From IMG/VR virus record IMGVR_UViG_3300027704_000015, positions 15,963 to 79,962 of that record: a DNA stretch of 64,000 bases. One strand, written 5' to 3'. A model generated the notes under the pieces. That model saw only the letters and a program-made list of their open reading frames with translations, made no database searches and was not told where the DNA came from. This document shows positions 20,757 to 30,069 of this stretch, piece after piece. The translations under genes were made by a program, and so were the position numbers. The stretch's first letter is position 1; the number at the start of each line of letters is the position of its first letter. Origin of the DNA: a virus.

Positions 20757-21120
20757 AATCAATGAGTTAGCAAGGCTGGTAGGTATAGAGAGGACAAGGT
20801 TCCAAAGTAACTGCAAGGTGAAAATAGACAAGGACTTCAAAAACCCAACGGCCAAGCTTACTCATGGATTTTCAAGAGATCTAAAAAACAGGGATTGCAC
20901 TCCCAAGAGACGGGTAACCCAAAGTGGCGGTAATTAACTCCACTAAGGGGGACTTGGTCCCTAAACACGGCACACTGTGGGTTGTGTGTCGAGCATGGTT
21001 TTTTGGTATAGGTAGTTCATACGTTACAATGTGTTGAACACATGAGTATAGAAAGTAGATATATAAAGAACAGGTGCACTGTTTGTTGAGAGACAAAACG
21101 GGTACTGAGATATAAAGAGT
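20757..21120 (+). ncRNA. Large structured non-coding RNA, family unknown
   Basis: Long stem 20757-20870; multibranch domain closed by 20881-20889/20998-21007 with five hairpins; complementary loops TGCAC/GTGCA; G-U pairs favour the + strand. Confidence 0.65.
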
Positions 21121-21128
21121 AAAAAAAA

Positions 21129-21386
21129 TTGAAAACAAAAAAATTACATATGGAAACTAAAGAACACATACACTTACAGAAGCTTATAGCATTAGAGGAA
21201 CGAATAGAGCTCTATTATATATGTAATAGTGAGGAGGACAAGGAAGGGAATCAAGGATTCATTACAGACTTGCGACGTAAGTGCATGAAAGATACCACTC
21301 ATAGAATAGGAAAACACTACATGCAGACTATGAACCATCTGTGGCATCAATATAAGATAAATGGTAACATGAAAGAAACAATATGA
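21129..21386 (+). CDS. Hypothetical protein (similar to C-terminus of 37985..38437)
   Basis: Shared LxKLxxL...C...F(I/V)TD...TMNxL(W/Y) pattern; start may be the ATG at 21150. Confidence 0.55.
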   Translation: MKTKKLHMETKEHIHLQKLIALEERIELYYICNSEEDKEGNQGFITDLRRKCMKDTTHRIGKHYMQTMNHLWHQYKINGNMKETI

Positions 21387-21532
21387 CAGTAAAAGAGGTA
21401 TACGCTATACTCAAGGAGCTTGAGGATCATGTTGAAGATACATGCTGTACAGTGACCATGGATTCAGAAGATGTAAAGGATTTAATAACAAAACTGAGAA
21501 AGGCGATACACGCTTACTCTCAAGAAAAGTAA
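21383..21532 (+). CDS. Small hypothetical protein (49 aa, not in track)
   Basis: ATGA overlap with the upstream stop. Confidence 0.5.
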   Translation: MTVKEVYAILKELEDHVEDTCCTVTMDSEDVKDLITKLRKAIHAYSQEK

Positions 21533-21552
21533 TAATAACGAAAGAATAAAAT

Positions 21553-21708
21553 ATGACAACAATCACAATGATAACCGTAGGTGCCCTAGGCTTTGCTTTG
21601 GGCCTGTATGTAAGCTCTCAAATCATGGCACACATCAACACCAGTACCAGTAACGAGAAGCTTATGGACAACATCAACAAATGGGACAAGAGAAAGAACA
21701 ATGACTAG
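21553..21708 (+). CDS. Small membrane protein (51 aa, not in track)
   Basis: One TM; A-rich leader. Confidence 0.5.
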   Translation: MTTITMITVGALGFALGLYVSSQIMAHINTSTSNEKLMDNINKWDKRKNND

Positions 21709-22012
21709 ACATGAACAAGAGATGTATCGAAATATCGAGCGTATAGCTGTAGCTCTAGAGACTATAGTAGTACAAGGCAAGGACCAGAAGCTTGCACAAT
21801 TCAAGAAGGCCACCAATCTGATATACGGCAATGAACCTACTGGTCAATCAGAGCGTACGTCAATGGGTAGCTTTCAACCGGATATTCAATCCCAACTGGA
21901 TGAACGTATATACCAGGAGTCACAGGCTATAACTGGTGGTGAGTTTCAAACCTGGTACCATGCTTTGACTCCTGACGAACGAGAGTCGTATGGTCGTGTG
22001 TATAGTCACTAA
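21701..22012 (+). CDS. Hypothetical protein
   Basis: Operonic ORF. Confidence 0.55.
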   Translation: MTRHEQEMYRNIERIAVALETIVVQGKDQKLAQFKKATNLIYGNEPTGQSERTSMGSFQPDIQSQLDERIYQESQAITGGEFQTWYHALTPDERESYGRVYSH

Positions 22013-22039
22013 CATCAGTATACAATTCGCACTGCATTT

Positions 22040-22072
22040 AGTTGCTAGTCTCAACTTTTTTTCTTATATTAA
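22040..22072 (+). promoter_or_regulatory. Early promoter
   Basis: AGTTGCTAGTCT...TATATTAA. Confidence 0.7.
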
Positions 22073-22100
22073 TATAAATTAAACAATCAATAGAACGCTT

Positions 22101-22376
22101 ATGAAATCAGCTCAACAACAAGACATCAGTCTACTCAACATCAACCTATCAAATGCTCGTTCAGAGAACGAGTCTTACGAGGACTACCGCAATAGATTGA
22201 AGACCAGCAAACAAATACTTAAAACTTACTTCACACACGGTAGAGAAGGTTTTCGTACCATGTTCCCTAACGGTGTAGCAGATGCTATGCAACAGGCACA
22301 AGCACAAGATCAACAGGAGATGGCTACCGAACAAGTTCAAGTGCCGGGGTCACTTCACTTTGGAGACAATGAGTAG
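22101..22376 (+). CDS. Hypothetical early protein
   Basis: Follows a promoter; RSENESYEDYRNR motif. Confidence 0.6.
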   Translation: MKSAQQQDISLLNINLSNARSENESYEDYRNRLKTSKQILKTYFTHGREGFRTMFPNGVADAMQQAQAQDQQEMATEQVQVPGSLHFGDNE

Positions 22377-22719
22377 TGACCCGCATCTAGACAACCGACG
22401 TGCCGGGCGCAAACAGCGCCTTCACAACCCTTACAACTGTGCGGGCTCACTGGAGGTGCAACACGACAATGGTACTTGGTATCGAACTACAACTTCATAT
22501 TTTCGTTCCTTCTCCGGACCACGACGTATCACTGCTCCCGAACGCATCATACAAGGCATGGAATCGTTGAGCATACCCGTAGTGACCAACGAGTATCATG
22601 GACCGGTCTATGCCATGGACACCAACTTCGAGTATATTGGGCCGGTGATCAATGATTACGTCAACAAAGAGATGTTGAACAAGTCCAAGATGGATCGAAA
22701 CGCGTCTATGTTAGACTAA
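22369..22719 (+). CDS. Hypothetical protein (start probably 22369)
   Basis: WYRTTTSYFRSFSGPRRI; the shorter start avoids a long overlap. Confidence 0.55.
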   Translation: MSSDPHLDNRRAGRKQRLHNPYNCAGSLEVQHDNGTWYRTTTSYFRSFSGPRRITAPERIIQGMESLSIPVVTNEYHGPVYAMDTNFEYIGPVINDYVNKEMLNKSKMDRNASMLD

Positions 22720-22824
22720 TAGTGTATAGAAATCAATGAGAAAATTCGAGGGGCATTTTGCGCGCGGCGTCGCTTCGCTCTAATCCTTCCCTCGCCCCCT
22801 CTCGCCCAACATAACTGTGTGAAT

Positions 22825-22857
22825 AGTTGGTAGTCTGAGATATTTTTCTTATCTTTA
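22825..22857 (+). promoter_or_regulatory. Early promoter (consensus copy)
   Basis: AGTTGGTAGTCTGAGATATTTTTCTTATCTTTA. Confidence 0.8.
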
Positions 22858-22881
22858 TATATAAATAAAAAGGAACAAATT

Positions 22882-23061
22882 ATGAATGAAAGAGACAGGT
22901 TACGAGTAGCTAACGATTATATAGTAGGTTACGCAAATGGTTTTATTACAGATCAAGAGTGCAGTGAAATGTGTGATCTAATATTAAATGAGTCATCAAT
23001 TGTTACAGAAGATGATTGGTGTCATTACTCAGGTATGCCATCACCAGAAGCTTATAAATAA
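22882..23061 (+). CDS. Small early protein (59 aa, not in track)
   Basis: Lies between two promoters; ends WCHYSGMPSPEAYK. Confidence 0.65.
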   Translation: MNERDRLRVANDYIVGYANGFITDQECSEMCDLILNESSIVTEDDWCHYSGMPSPEAYK

Positions 23062-23074
23062 TAACCGTGAAAAC

Positions 23075-23107
23075 AGTTGCTAGTCTGAGATATTTTTCTT
23101 ATCTTTA
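23075..23107 (+). promoter_or_regulatory. Early promoter
   Basis: AGTTGCTAGTCTGAGATATTTTTCTTATCTTTA. Confidence 0.8.
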
Positions 23108-23163
23108 GGTATAAATAAAGAGGGAGATACTAGATCGAGCTCAGTAACAATAAAAATCAAAAA

Positions 23164-23619
23164 ATGTCAAAATCTAAAAAAGCACCAGTTTACCAATACG
23201 GAATCGAAATTACTAAACCTCATTCAAAAGCAATGTACGAGCATAATGATCAAGTTGCAGAAGAGATGAAGCGTAATATCGCAAGTATTTGGGCTGATGA
23301 AATGATTAAGTTCAATAAGACTGATGAGTGGCCTTCGCAAGGTGATTCTAAAATGCATACAATACAGAGTAGTATATGTGCTACCGGTTTTGGTGACGGG
23401 TTTACTATTGATGAAGTTCATACAGACTTTATGTCTAACTTGAGTAATATGGCCAACTGGCAATTGCATGAAGAGTACAGTTACATGTCCTTTAGTAATG
23501 GTTTAGTTCCAAGAACTAGATTTATGATGGTAGGTTTTGAATGGCAAAAACATGATTACAGTTTCTGTACAGATAAAGATTTATCACCAGTAGCAGTAGA
23601 AAATAAAATGCACGTATAA
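23164..23619 (+). CDS. Early hypothetical protein
   Basis: Follows a promoter with the conserved leader. Confidence 0.65.
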   Translation: MSKSKKAPVYQYGIEITKPHSKAMYEHNDQVAEEMKRNIASIWADEMIKFNKTDEWPSQGDSKMHTIQSSICATGFGDGFTIDEVHTDFMSNLSNMANWQLHEEYSYMSFSNGLVPRTRFMMVGFEWQKHDYSFCTDKDLSPVAVENKMHV

Positions 23620-23620
23620 T

Positions 23621-24118
23621 ATGAAAGATAAATTAAGAATTTTTATAGACATGGATGGTGTGTTAGCTGACTTCCAGAAAGCAGCTGACTTAATACCTGA
23701 CTGGGCACCTGAACATGATAAAAAGCATCCAGATGAGGTGTTAGACTTTTCAACGTTTGAAGTGATTCCAGGTGCTAAAGAAGCAATAGCTAAATTAATT
23801 GATATGGGTCACGATCTATTCATTGCTTCTACCCCACCTTGGAACAATAAAGCTGCATGGGGTCAGAAAGGTGAGTGGATAGAAGAACACTTCCCAGCAC
23901 TTAAAAGAAAGGTTTTTCTAACTCACAGAAAAGATCTACTGATTGGTGACATCTTGATTGATGATACTGGTTATAGAGGTCAAGCTGACTTTCAAGGTGA
24001 GTGGATCCATTTCGGTAAGAGTAAGAGAAAGGTTCTAACTGATCAGGGATGGAGAACACGAAATTGGGGAGACTGGAAGAGTGTTATGTTATACTTAAAC
24101 AAGAAATATGGTATTTAA
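23621..24118 (+). CDS. 5'(3')-deoxyribonucleotidase (NT5C, HAD family)
   Basis: IFIDMDGVLADF, K..W, LIGDILIDD. Confidence 0.9.
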   Translation: MKDKLRIFIDMDGVLADFQKAADLIPDWAPEHDKKHPDEVLDFSTFEVIPGAKEAIAKLIDMGHDLFIASTPPWNNKAAWGQKGEWIEEHFPALKRKVFLTHRKDLLIGDILIDDTGYRGQADFQGEWIHFGKSKRKVLTDQGWRTRNWGDWKSVMLYLNKKYGI

Positions 24119-24203
24119 AAAAACTAGTAAATAATTTGTTGTTATGAAAAATAATTCGTATATTATAATATGATTGAATTCCTTATATATAAAATAAAAA
24201 ATT

Positions 24204-24590
24204 ATGGCAAAGAAAAGTAAGTATACTAGACGTAGAGCGATCGATTGTAAATTAATTGAGAGAAGCAAGAGCAATCCAGGTTACTGCAAGTATATGATTA
24301 CTATAGCAGAGCTAGATGGTACCATTCATAAGCAGCCAGCTTACGGTAGAGATATGCAAAGTGCTTTAGCTAGGTTAATGAATAGAGAGTTGACTGTAAA
24401 AGTTGAAAGGAAGTTAGAGACTAATACTGGTTTAATATTCATAGCCTGGTTACTATTAATGGGGACACCAGCTATAATTTTTGGAGCACAAGATACACCT
24501 TGGTACCTGGCACTCACGTTTGGTACTATTATAATGTTAATGGCAGTAGCTAGTATATGGTATAACTATATAAAGAAAGGTGAAGTATGA
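24204..24590 (+). CDS. Membrane protein with two C-terminal TMs
   Basis: PAYGRDMQSAL motif; TM helices. Confidence 0.6.
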   Translation: MAKKSKYTRRRAIDCKLIERSKSNPGYCKYMITIAELDGTIHKQPAYGRDMQSALARLMNRELTVKVERKLETNTGLIFIAWLLLMGTPAIIFGAQDTPWYLALTFGTIIMLMAVASIWYNYIKKGEV

Positions 24591-24697
24591 GTAGATTGAT
24601 ATATGACATGTATTATGCTGATGAGATAACTCTAGAGGTGTGCGAGCGATTGTTAGCTCAACTAAGTAAATCAAAAGAACGTAGACGGTATTATTAA
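24587..24697 (+). CDS. Small hypothetical protein (36 aa, not in track)
   Basis: ATGA overlap; fills the gap exactly. Confidence 0.45.
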   Translation: MSRLIYDMYYADEITLEVCERLLAQLSKSKERRRYY

Positions 24698-24698
24698 T

Positions 24699-25043
24699 AT
24701 GAATTATATAGAAGATCGACCTTGGGGTAAATTTGAGATATTAATTGATAGTGATATCTGTAAGGTTAAAAAGATAACAGTTAAACCTGGCGGTAGGTTA
24801 AGTTACCAATACCATCACAAGAGGGGTGAGGCCTGGACAGTTGTATCAGGTGTAGCTACTATGACTTTAAATGACAACATAAGCATACACGTGTACGGTG
24901 AAACTATATTAATACCGCAAGGTACTAAACATAGGGTCGAGAATAGGGGTACAAATGATCTAATATTTATAGAAGTTCAGCATGGGTCATATTTTGGTGA
25001 AGATGATATAATAAGAATAGAAGACGATTATAATAGAGAATAA
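24699..25043 (+). CDS. Mannose-6-phosphate isomerase type II C-terminal cupin
   Basis: RPWG...VKKITVKPGGRLSYQYHHKR.E.W...HR..N...EVQ.GSYFGEDDIIR.EDDY. Confidence 0.9.
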   Translation: MNYIEDRPWGKFEILIDSDICKVKKITVKPGGRLSYQYHHKRGEAWTVVSGVATMTLNDNISIHVYGETILIPQGTKHRVENRGTNDLIFIEVQHGSYFGEDDIIRIEDDYNRE

Positions 25044-25044
25044 T

Positions 25045-25287
25045 ATGTATAGAATAATAAGAGAAGTAAACCATTTAACAGATAAAGTACAGTACTTTAT
25101 TGAGCGTAAGAAAACATTTTTATGGGCATCATCATGGACTAGAGAGCTAGGATTAGATGTCAGTCAGAGAGGTACTATAGGAGCTCCGACTTATGATGGA
25201 GCAAAATGGAAGTTAGACCGTATCAAGTTAAGAGACGGTGTTATGATGGAGAAGGAGGTAGTAGTAGACTTAACTGACGTTATATAG
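25045..25287 (+). CDS. Hypothetical protein
   Basis: Operonic. Confidence 0.55.
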   Translation: MYRIIREVNHLTDKVQYFIERKKTFLWASSWTRELGLDVSQRGTIGAPTYDGAKWKLDRIKLRDGVMMEKEVVVDLTDVI

Positions 25288-25288
25288 A

Positions 25289-25744
25289 ATGGATATAAAT
25301 TACTATACTAAATACGATAAAGGGTTTCAACTACTATGTGAACTACAGCCATCAGATAGATATACTCAAGGTATTGAGTTAAAGGATGTAAGGTTACTCA
25401 AAGACAATAGAGAACTCTATAGTCAGCCAGGTGTATATATACTTGCTAATAAGCTTGGAGAGGTACTTAAAATAGGTCAGACGAGTAATATGTTCAATAG
25501 AATATATACTCAATACAAATGTGTTTCAAATGCTACTAATCACAGGATACGAGATCATATTAAGATAGTTGAGCCTCTATTAGTATATGTCTATATGCTA
25601 CCTAAAAAGAAGACTAGAATACCTTTAGGGCTAAATAAGTACACAGTGTATACATCTTTTGCAGGAGGGTTTGAGCATGCACTTCTAAAAGAATTTAAAG
25701 ATAAAACTAAAGCATTACCTAAACTAAATACGATGATACGATGA
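25289..25744 (+). CDS. GIY-YIG nuclease family protein
   Basis: PGVYIL...KIGQTSN...R...E pattern. Confidence 0.65.
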   Translation: MDINYYTKYDKGFQLLCELQPSDRYTQGIELKDVRLLKDNRELYSQPGVYILANKLGEVLKIGQTSNMFNRIYTQYKCVSNATNHRIRDHIKIVEPLLVYVYMLPKKKTRIPLGLNKYTVYTSFAGGFEHALLKEFKDKTKALPKLNTMIR

Positions 25745-26295
25745 AACAATTTTCTCAACTCTTTACTATAATAGTTATAACTGTGTTAATGGGTGTATAT
25801 CTCTCAAGTATATTAGAGGTAGAGCATCAGCAGGAAGAACTAACTAACAATCTACATTTAATCGATAGCTTAACCCGCGTCAATGATAGTCTGATACGTA
25901 CAATCGATACATTACATCGTCAATCAGAAATATGGGACTTTGGTATACAAAAGAAAACTAAATTTCTATTAAATGCAATTATTACCATTGAATCTAGTAA
26001 TAACGACTCTGCATATCATGCTGGAGAAGATGCAGTTGGTTGCTTACAGATACGACCATGCATGGTTTTAGATGTTAATCGAATATTAAAAAAACAAAAT
26101 AAAACAATTCAGTACACTTTAACTGATAGATGGAGTAGAGATAAATCTATTGAGATGTTTCATGTGTATTGTAACTATTATAAACTTACTACACTTGAAG
26201 CTATGGCACGTTCTTGGAACGGAGGACCTCGTGGAGCAGCTAAATCTACTACAGTAGGTTACTGGAAAAAAATACAAAATCAGTTGGAAAGCTGA
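25741..26295 (+). CDS. TM-anchored lysozyme-like/transglycosylase (i-type/destabilase-like)
   Basis: IES...GCLQI...ARSWNGGPRG. Confidence 0.75.
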   Translation: MKQFSQLFTIIVITVLMGVYLSSILEVEHQQEELTNNLHLIDSLTRVNDSLIRTIDTLHRQSEIWDFGIQKKTKFLLNAIITIESSNNDSAYHAGEDAVGCLQIRPCMVLDVNRILKKQNKTIQYTLTDRWSRDKSIEMFHVYCNYYKLTTLEAMARSWNGGPRGAAKSTTVGYWKKIQNQLES

Positions 26296-26314
26296 ATAAT
26301 ATTTCTTATATTTA
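26282..26314 (+). promoter_or_regulatory. Promoter for uvsE (near-leaderless)
   Basis: AGTTG-N20-TATATTTA; ATG at 26319. Confidence 0.7.
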
Positions 26315-26318
26315 ATAT

Positions 26319-27362
26319 ATGATAAACGGAACTAGACTAGGGTATGCATGCGTCAACGCAGGACTTACCAACCGACCTAAGAAGCTTGGAGGTCGTGTAA
26401 CGACTTCAAGGACGTTACGTAAATCAACTTGGCAATTAGATGAGGGTTGGGATTATGAAGCTGTAGGTGTAAAGGCATTAGATAATGCAATCGACTTACT
26501 TCATTACCTTAAGTGGAATAAAGAACATAATATTACCTTATTCCGTATTGGAAGTGAACTTATACCATGGCATGATCATTACGAATTAAAAATGTTACCT
26601 CAATTAGATGAGATAAAAGCTGCTTTATTTGAAGCTGGTGAATACGCTCGTAAACATAATATGAGAGTGACTACTCACCCTGGTCCATTTACTGTATTAG
26701 GTTCTCCTACCCCTGCGGTAGTTGATAAATCTATTATAGGTCTAGAGCGTCATTCTGAGATGTTTGATATGATGGGATTTGAGCCTTCGTTTGATAATAA
26801 GATAAATATACATATAGGTGGTGCTTATGGAGATCATGCTGCTACTGCAGTGCGATGGATAGCAGCTTGGCATAGACTATCAGATGGCTGTAAAAAGCGT
26901 TTGGTTGTTGAGAATGATGATAAAGCTAATATGTGGTCAGTGCAGATGTTATATGATTACTTCCATAAAGAGATTGGCATTCCTATTACATTTGATTACT
27001 TCCATCACAAGTTTCATACTAGCGATTTAACAGAAGAGCAAGCTCTTAAACTAGCAGCTACTACTTGGCCTGATAATGTTCGTCAATGTACCCATTATTC
27101 AGAATCTAAACGAGAAGAGGAGCTTAGAGCGTTTAATCGTATGTGTAAAGCTAATTCGATTAACCCAGATAAGATAGAGGACTGGCCTACTCTACTTGAA
27201 ATGAAGAAGAAGGTAGATAAGATTAGAGCTACTGCTCACGCAGATTATGTTATAGAAGAAATAGATACTTACGGTTTAGATATCGATATAGTATTAGAAG
27301 TAAAAGCTAAAGAGTTAGCTCTCTTTGGTTGTAGACAAGTAAACAAACAATTAATTAAATAA
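26319..27362 (+). CDS. uvsE: UV-damage endonuclease
   Basis: RLGYAC, LFRIGS, HPGPF, IHIGG, LVVENDD, FDYFHH, HYSES, AHADY, EVKAKE. Confidence 0.93.
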   Translation: MINGTRLGYACVNAGLTNRPKKLGGRVTTSRTLRKSTWQLDEGWDYEAVGVKALDNAIDLLHYLKWNKEHNITLFRIGSELIPWHDHYELKMLPQLDEIKAALFEAGEYARKHNMRVTTHPGPFTVLGSPTPAVVDKSIIGLERHSEMFDMMGFEPSFDNKINIHIGGAYGDHAATAVRWIAAWHRLSDGCKKRLVVENDDKANMWSVQMLYDYFHKEIGIPITFDYFHHKFHTSDLTEEQALKLAATTWPDNVRQCTHYSESKREEELRAFNRMCKANSINPDKIEDWPTLLEMKKKVDKIRATAHADYVIEEIDTYGLDIDIVLEVKAKELALFGCRQVNKQLIK

Positions 27363-27371
27363 GAGAAGATT

Positions 27372-27575
27372 ATGTATTATGTAACAAAAGTATCGGTACT
27401 TCATACCGACCCAAATTCAGGTAAAGAGAAAAAAATGACTGAGCAGTATCTAATAGATGCGGTAAGTGTAACTGATGCAGAGGTGATTATAACTAAAGAG
27501 TTGAGCTCACAAAGTTTAGACTTTGAAGTAAAATCAGTAACGGCAAGTAAAATATTATCAGTATTATCCGCATAA
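27372..27575 (+). CDS. DUF4494-like protein
   Basis: GKEKKMTEQYLIDAVSVTDAE resembles the Bacteroidota DUF4494 N-terminal motif. Confidence 0.65.
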   Translation: MYYVTKVSVLHTDPNSGKEKKMTEQYLIDAVSVTDAEVIITKELSSQSLDFEVKSVTASKILSVLSA

Positions 27576-27576
27576 T

Positions 27577-27609
27577 AGTTGGTAGTCTGAGTTATTTTTC
27601 TTATCTTTA
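27577..27609 (+). promoter_or_regulatory. Early promoter
   Basis: AGTTGGTAGTCTGAGTTATTTTTCTTATCTTTA. Confidence 0.8.
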
Positions 27610-27634
27610 TATATAATAATAAAAACGATAAACT

Positions 27635-27865
27635 ATGATTTGTGTGAAATGCAATGAAGAAATTCAAGAGGGTAGACTAAAGGCTTTACCTAGTACAAAG
27701 ACTTGTACTGAATGCTCAACTACTACTGCTTGGTATGTACGTAATGTAATAGCTGGTAAAACTGAGTATATGGAGACAGAGATAATTAAAGATCCTAAAG
27801 CTATAGCTGTTATTAAAGATATGGATAAGAGGGTAGGTTGGGGAAGTAACTTAGTAAAAGTATAA
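27635..27865 (+). CDS. TraR/DksA-type C4 zinc-finger protein
   Basis: CVKCNEEIQEGRLKALPSTKTCTEC. Confidence 0.8.
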   Translation: MICVKCNEEIQEGRLKALPSTKTCTECSTTTAWYVRNVIAGKTEYMETEIIKDPKAIAVIKDMDKRVGWGSNLVKV

Positions 27866-27874
27866 AGAGTAAAT

Positions 27875-29542
27875 ATGAAGATATTAGGATTTCAATCTGG
27901 TCACGACGTTTCATACTGTCTTTTAGAAGACGGTATACCGGTTATACACGAGGAGTTAGAGCGATTCACGCGTGAAAAGGAACCCCTTGGTGATGGTTTA
28001 GAGTTCGCTATTAAGAGACTACCAGAAGATGTATTTAACGATGTAGCGTGCTATGTACATGGTAACCCTGGAGGTAGATATGGTAAGTATAAAGAGGTAT
28101 GTAATAAGTCTGAAGCTGAAGATAAAATGTTATCGCGAGTGGCTTCAGGAAAAAGTGATAACTTATGCATAGGTCACCACCAATCACATGCTGCTAATGC
28201 ATTCTTTTCTAGTAATTTTGATAAAGCTATAATTTTTACTCTAGATGGTAGTGGTATGGAGAAGAGTATCACAAGAGATTATGTATACGAAAATAAAAAG
28301 CCTACCACGTTTAATGGGTTCCAAAACTTCTCATGTGCATTTACTGTATGGCTCGGTGAAGGTAATAAGATAACACCTATACGTCGAATAGATTCAGGGT
28401 TATTTACAGTAGGATCTTCATGGAAGTACTATACTAAAGAACTGTTTGGGTTATCTAGTGGTCATCCGCACGGATTTGCCGGTGGTACAGTTATGGCTAT
28501 GGCAAGTGCTGGTGATGGTAGTAAGTACTATCTTGATTTTGCAAAAGCATTTATCATGGGTGGTGGAGGTCATAGTGCAGCTGTCAAAGCTAATGTTAAA
28601 AAATATTTACCTATAGTTGCAAGGAGTGAACAGGATAGATTTGATGTAGCAGCTGCTCTTCAAATGGCTTCAGAGCAGGTTGTATATGAGACTATGGCAC
28701 CATATGTACAACACTATAAAGAAGCAAACAATATCTGTCTAGCAGGAGGAGTAGCTTTAAATACAACAATGGTAGGTAAGATGTTCGATTGGTTTCCTAA
28801 ATCAAATATATTTGTATGCCCAGTGCCTTACGATGGAGGGTTAAGTATTGGATCAGCTCAGTTTGTGTGGCATCACATATTAGGCAATCCTAGAGTAAAG
28901 TGGGATACTCACCCATCACCATTTTTAGGTATGGAGTATAGTAAACAAGATATATTAAATCATCTAGAAAAATCATCAGCCGAAGTAGTATTTAAAACAG
29001 TTACTGATGATGATGTAATTGAATTACTGGATCAACAAAATATTATATCTTTATTTCAAGGTGGAGCGGAAAGTGGTCGTAGAGCACTAGGTAATAGAAG
29101 TATAGTAGCTGATCCAAGGAGCTCGGATATGAAAGGTAAAATTAACGAAAAAGTTAAACACCGGCAGTGGTACAGACCATTTGCTCCTGCAATATTAAGA
29201 GAAGATGTTAAAGATTGGTTTGAAAAAGATATCGATAGCCCGTATATGAGTTTTATAGTTAAGTTTAAAGAGAGTGTAGTAGATAAGGTACCAGCAGTAG
29301 TGCACCTTAACGGCACAGGTAGGCTTCAGACATTAACTGAGAAAGGAAATGGTTGGTTTTATAACTTTGTAAAAAAGTGGAAAGCTAAGTCAGGTGTACC
29401 TATCTTATTAAATACCAGTTTTAATGATAGAGAGCCTATAGTTGAAACGCCAAGTCATGCAATCAATTGCTTTATAGGTACAGATATAGATTACCTTTAT
29501 TTTAGTGACTGCAAAATACTAGTAGAGAAAAAACATAAATAA
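27875..29542 (+). CDS. Carbamoyltransferase (NodU/CmcH/TobZ family)
   Basis: HD, ERFTREK, HHQSHAANAFF, DGSG, LAGGVALN, RALGNRS, RPFAP, LLNTSFN. Confidence 0.93.
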   Translation: MKILGFQSGHDVSYCLLEDGIPVIHEELERFTREKEPLGDGLEFAIKRLPEDVFNDVACYVHGNPGGRYGKYKEVCNKSEAEDKMLSRVASGKSDNLCIGHHQSHAANAFFSSNFDKAIIFTLDGSGMEKSITRDYVYENKKPTTFNGFQNFSCAFTVWLGEGNKITPIRRIDSGLFTVGSSWKYYTKELFGLSSGHPHGFAGGTVMAMASAGDGSKYYLDFAKAFIMGGGGHSAAVKANVKKYLPIVARSEQDRFDVAAALQMASEQVVYETMAPYVQHYKEANNICLAGGVALNTTMVGKMFDWFPKSNIFVCPVPYDGGLSIGSAQFVWHHILGNPRVKWDTHPSPFLGMEYSKQDILNHLEKSSAEVVFKTVTDDDVIELLDQQNIISLFQGGAESGRRALGNRSIVADPRSSDMKGKINEKVKHRQWYRPFAPAILREDVKDWFEKDIDSPYMSFIVKFKESVVDKVPAVVHLNGTGRLQTLTEKGNGWFYNFVKKWKAKSGVPILLNTSFNDREPIVETPSHAINCFIGTDIDYLYFSDCKILVEKKHK

Positions 29543-29543
29543 T

Positions 29544-29876
29544 ATGAATGAAATAGAAGAAATAGAACAAGATATACAAATGCTTAGATCCGCAATGGAG
29601 AATACGTTCCTGATATTAACAGGGAGAGCTACCTGGGATAGTTTAATGGATAAAGCATCCATGCAGCCCGGCAGTATTGATCAGCATAATAATGTAGCGT
29701 TATTATTTGACCCTATGGCAGATGATTATAATCCAAAATTCCCACACCTACATAATGATGTTGATAGTAATGAGTTATTTGACTCAATGATTGAGTATTA
29801 TGTTGAGAGTGAAGAGTATGAAAAATGCGCAGAAATATTAAAAATTAAAGAGAAGAAATATGGCACAACGAGGTAG
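29544..29876 (+). CDS. Protein with C-terminal UVR (UvrB/C)-like motif
   Basis: IEYYVESEEYEKCAEILKIK. Confidence 0.65.
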   Translation: MNEIEEIEQDIQMLRSAMENTFLILTGRATWDSLMDKASMQPGSIDQHNNVALLFDPMADDYNPKFPHLHNDVDSNELFDSMIEYYVESEEYEKCAEILKIKEKKYGTTR

Positions 29877-30066
29877 ACCGAGATCAAAACCGGTAAAAAA
29901 ATGGAATCCTAGGTATTCAAAAACAGCAGTTAGAGTAGCGATACAGAATGCATTTATGGATAATCCAGAGGTAGGAATGATGATGAACCAAAATAAGTTT
30001 ACAAGTACTATACTACAGTCATGTGATACTTGGGCAGTAAATGATGGACAGACACCACCGGAGTAG
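29860..30066 (+). CDS. Small basic protein with AT-hook-like RGRPR
   Basis: MAQRGRPRSKP. Confidence 0.5.
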   Translation: MAQRGRPRSKPVKKWNPRYSKTAVRVAIQNAFMDNPEVGMMMNQNKFTSTILQSCDTWAVNDGQTPPE

Positions 30067-30069
30067 TCT

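Noticed and set aside
20686-21138. ORFs 20686..20937 (+) and 20881..21138 (-)
   Set aside because: They overlap the AAA gene or the structured RNA and have no recognisable features.
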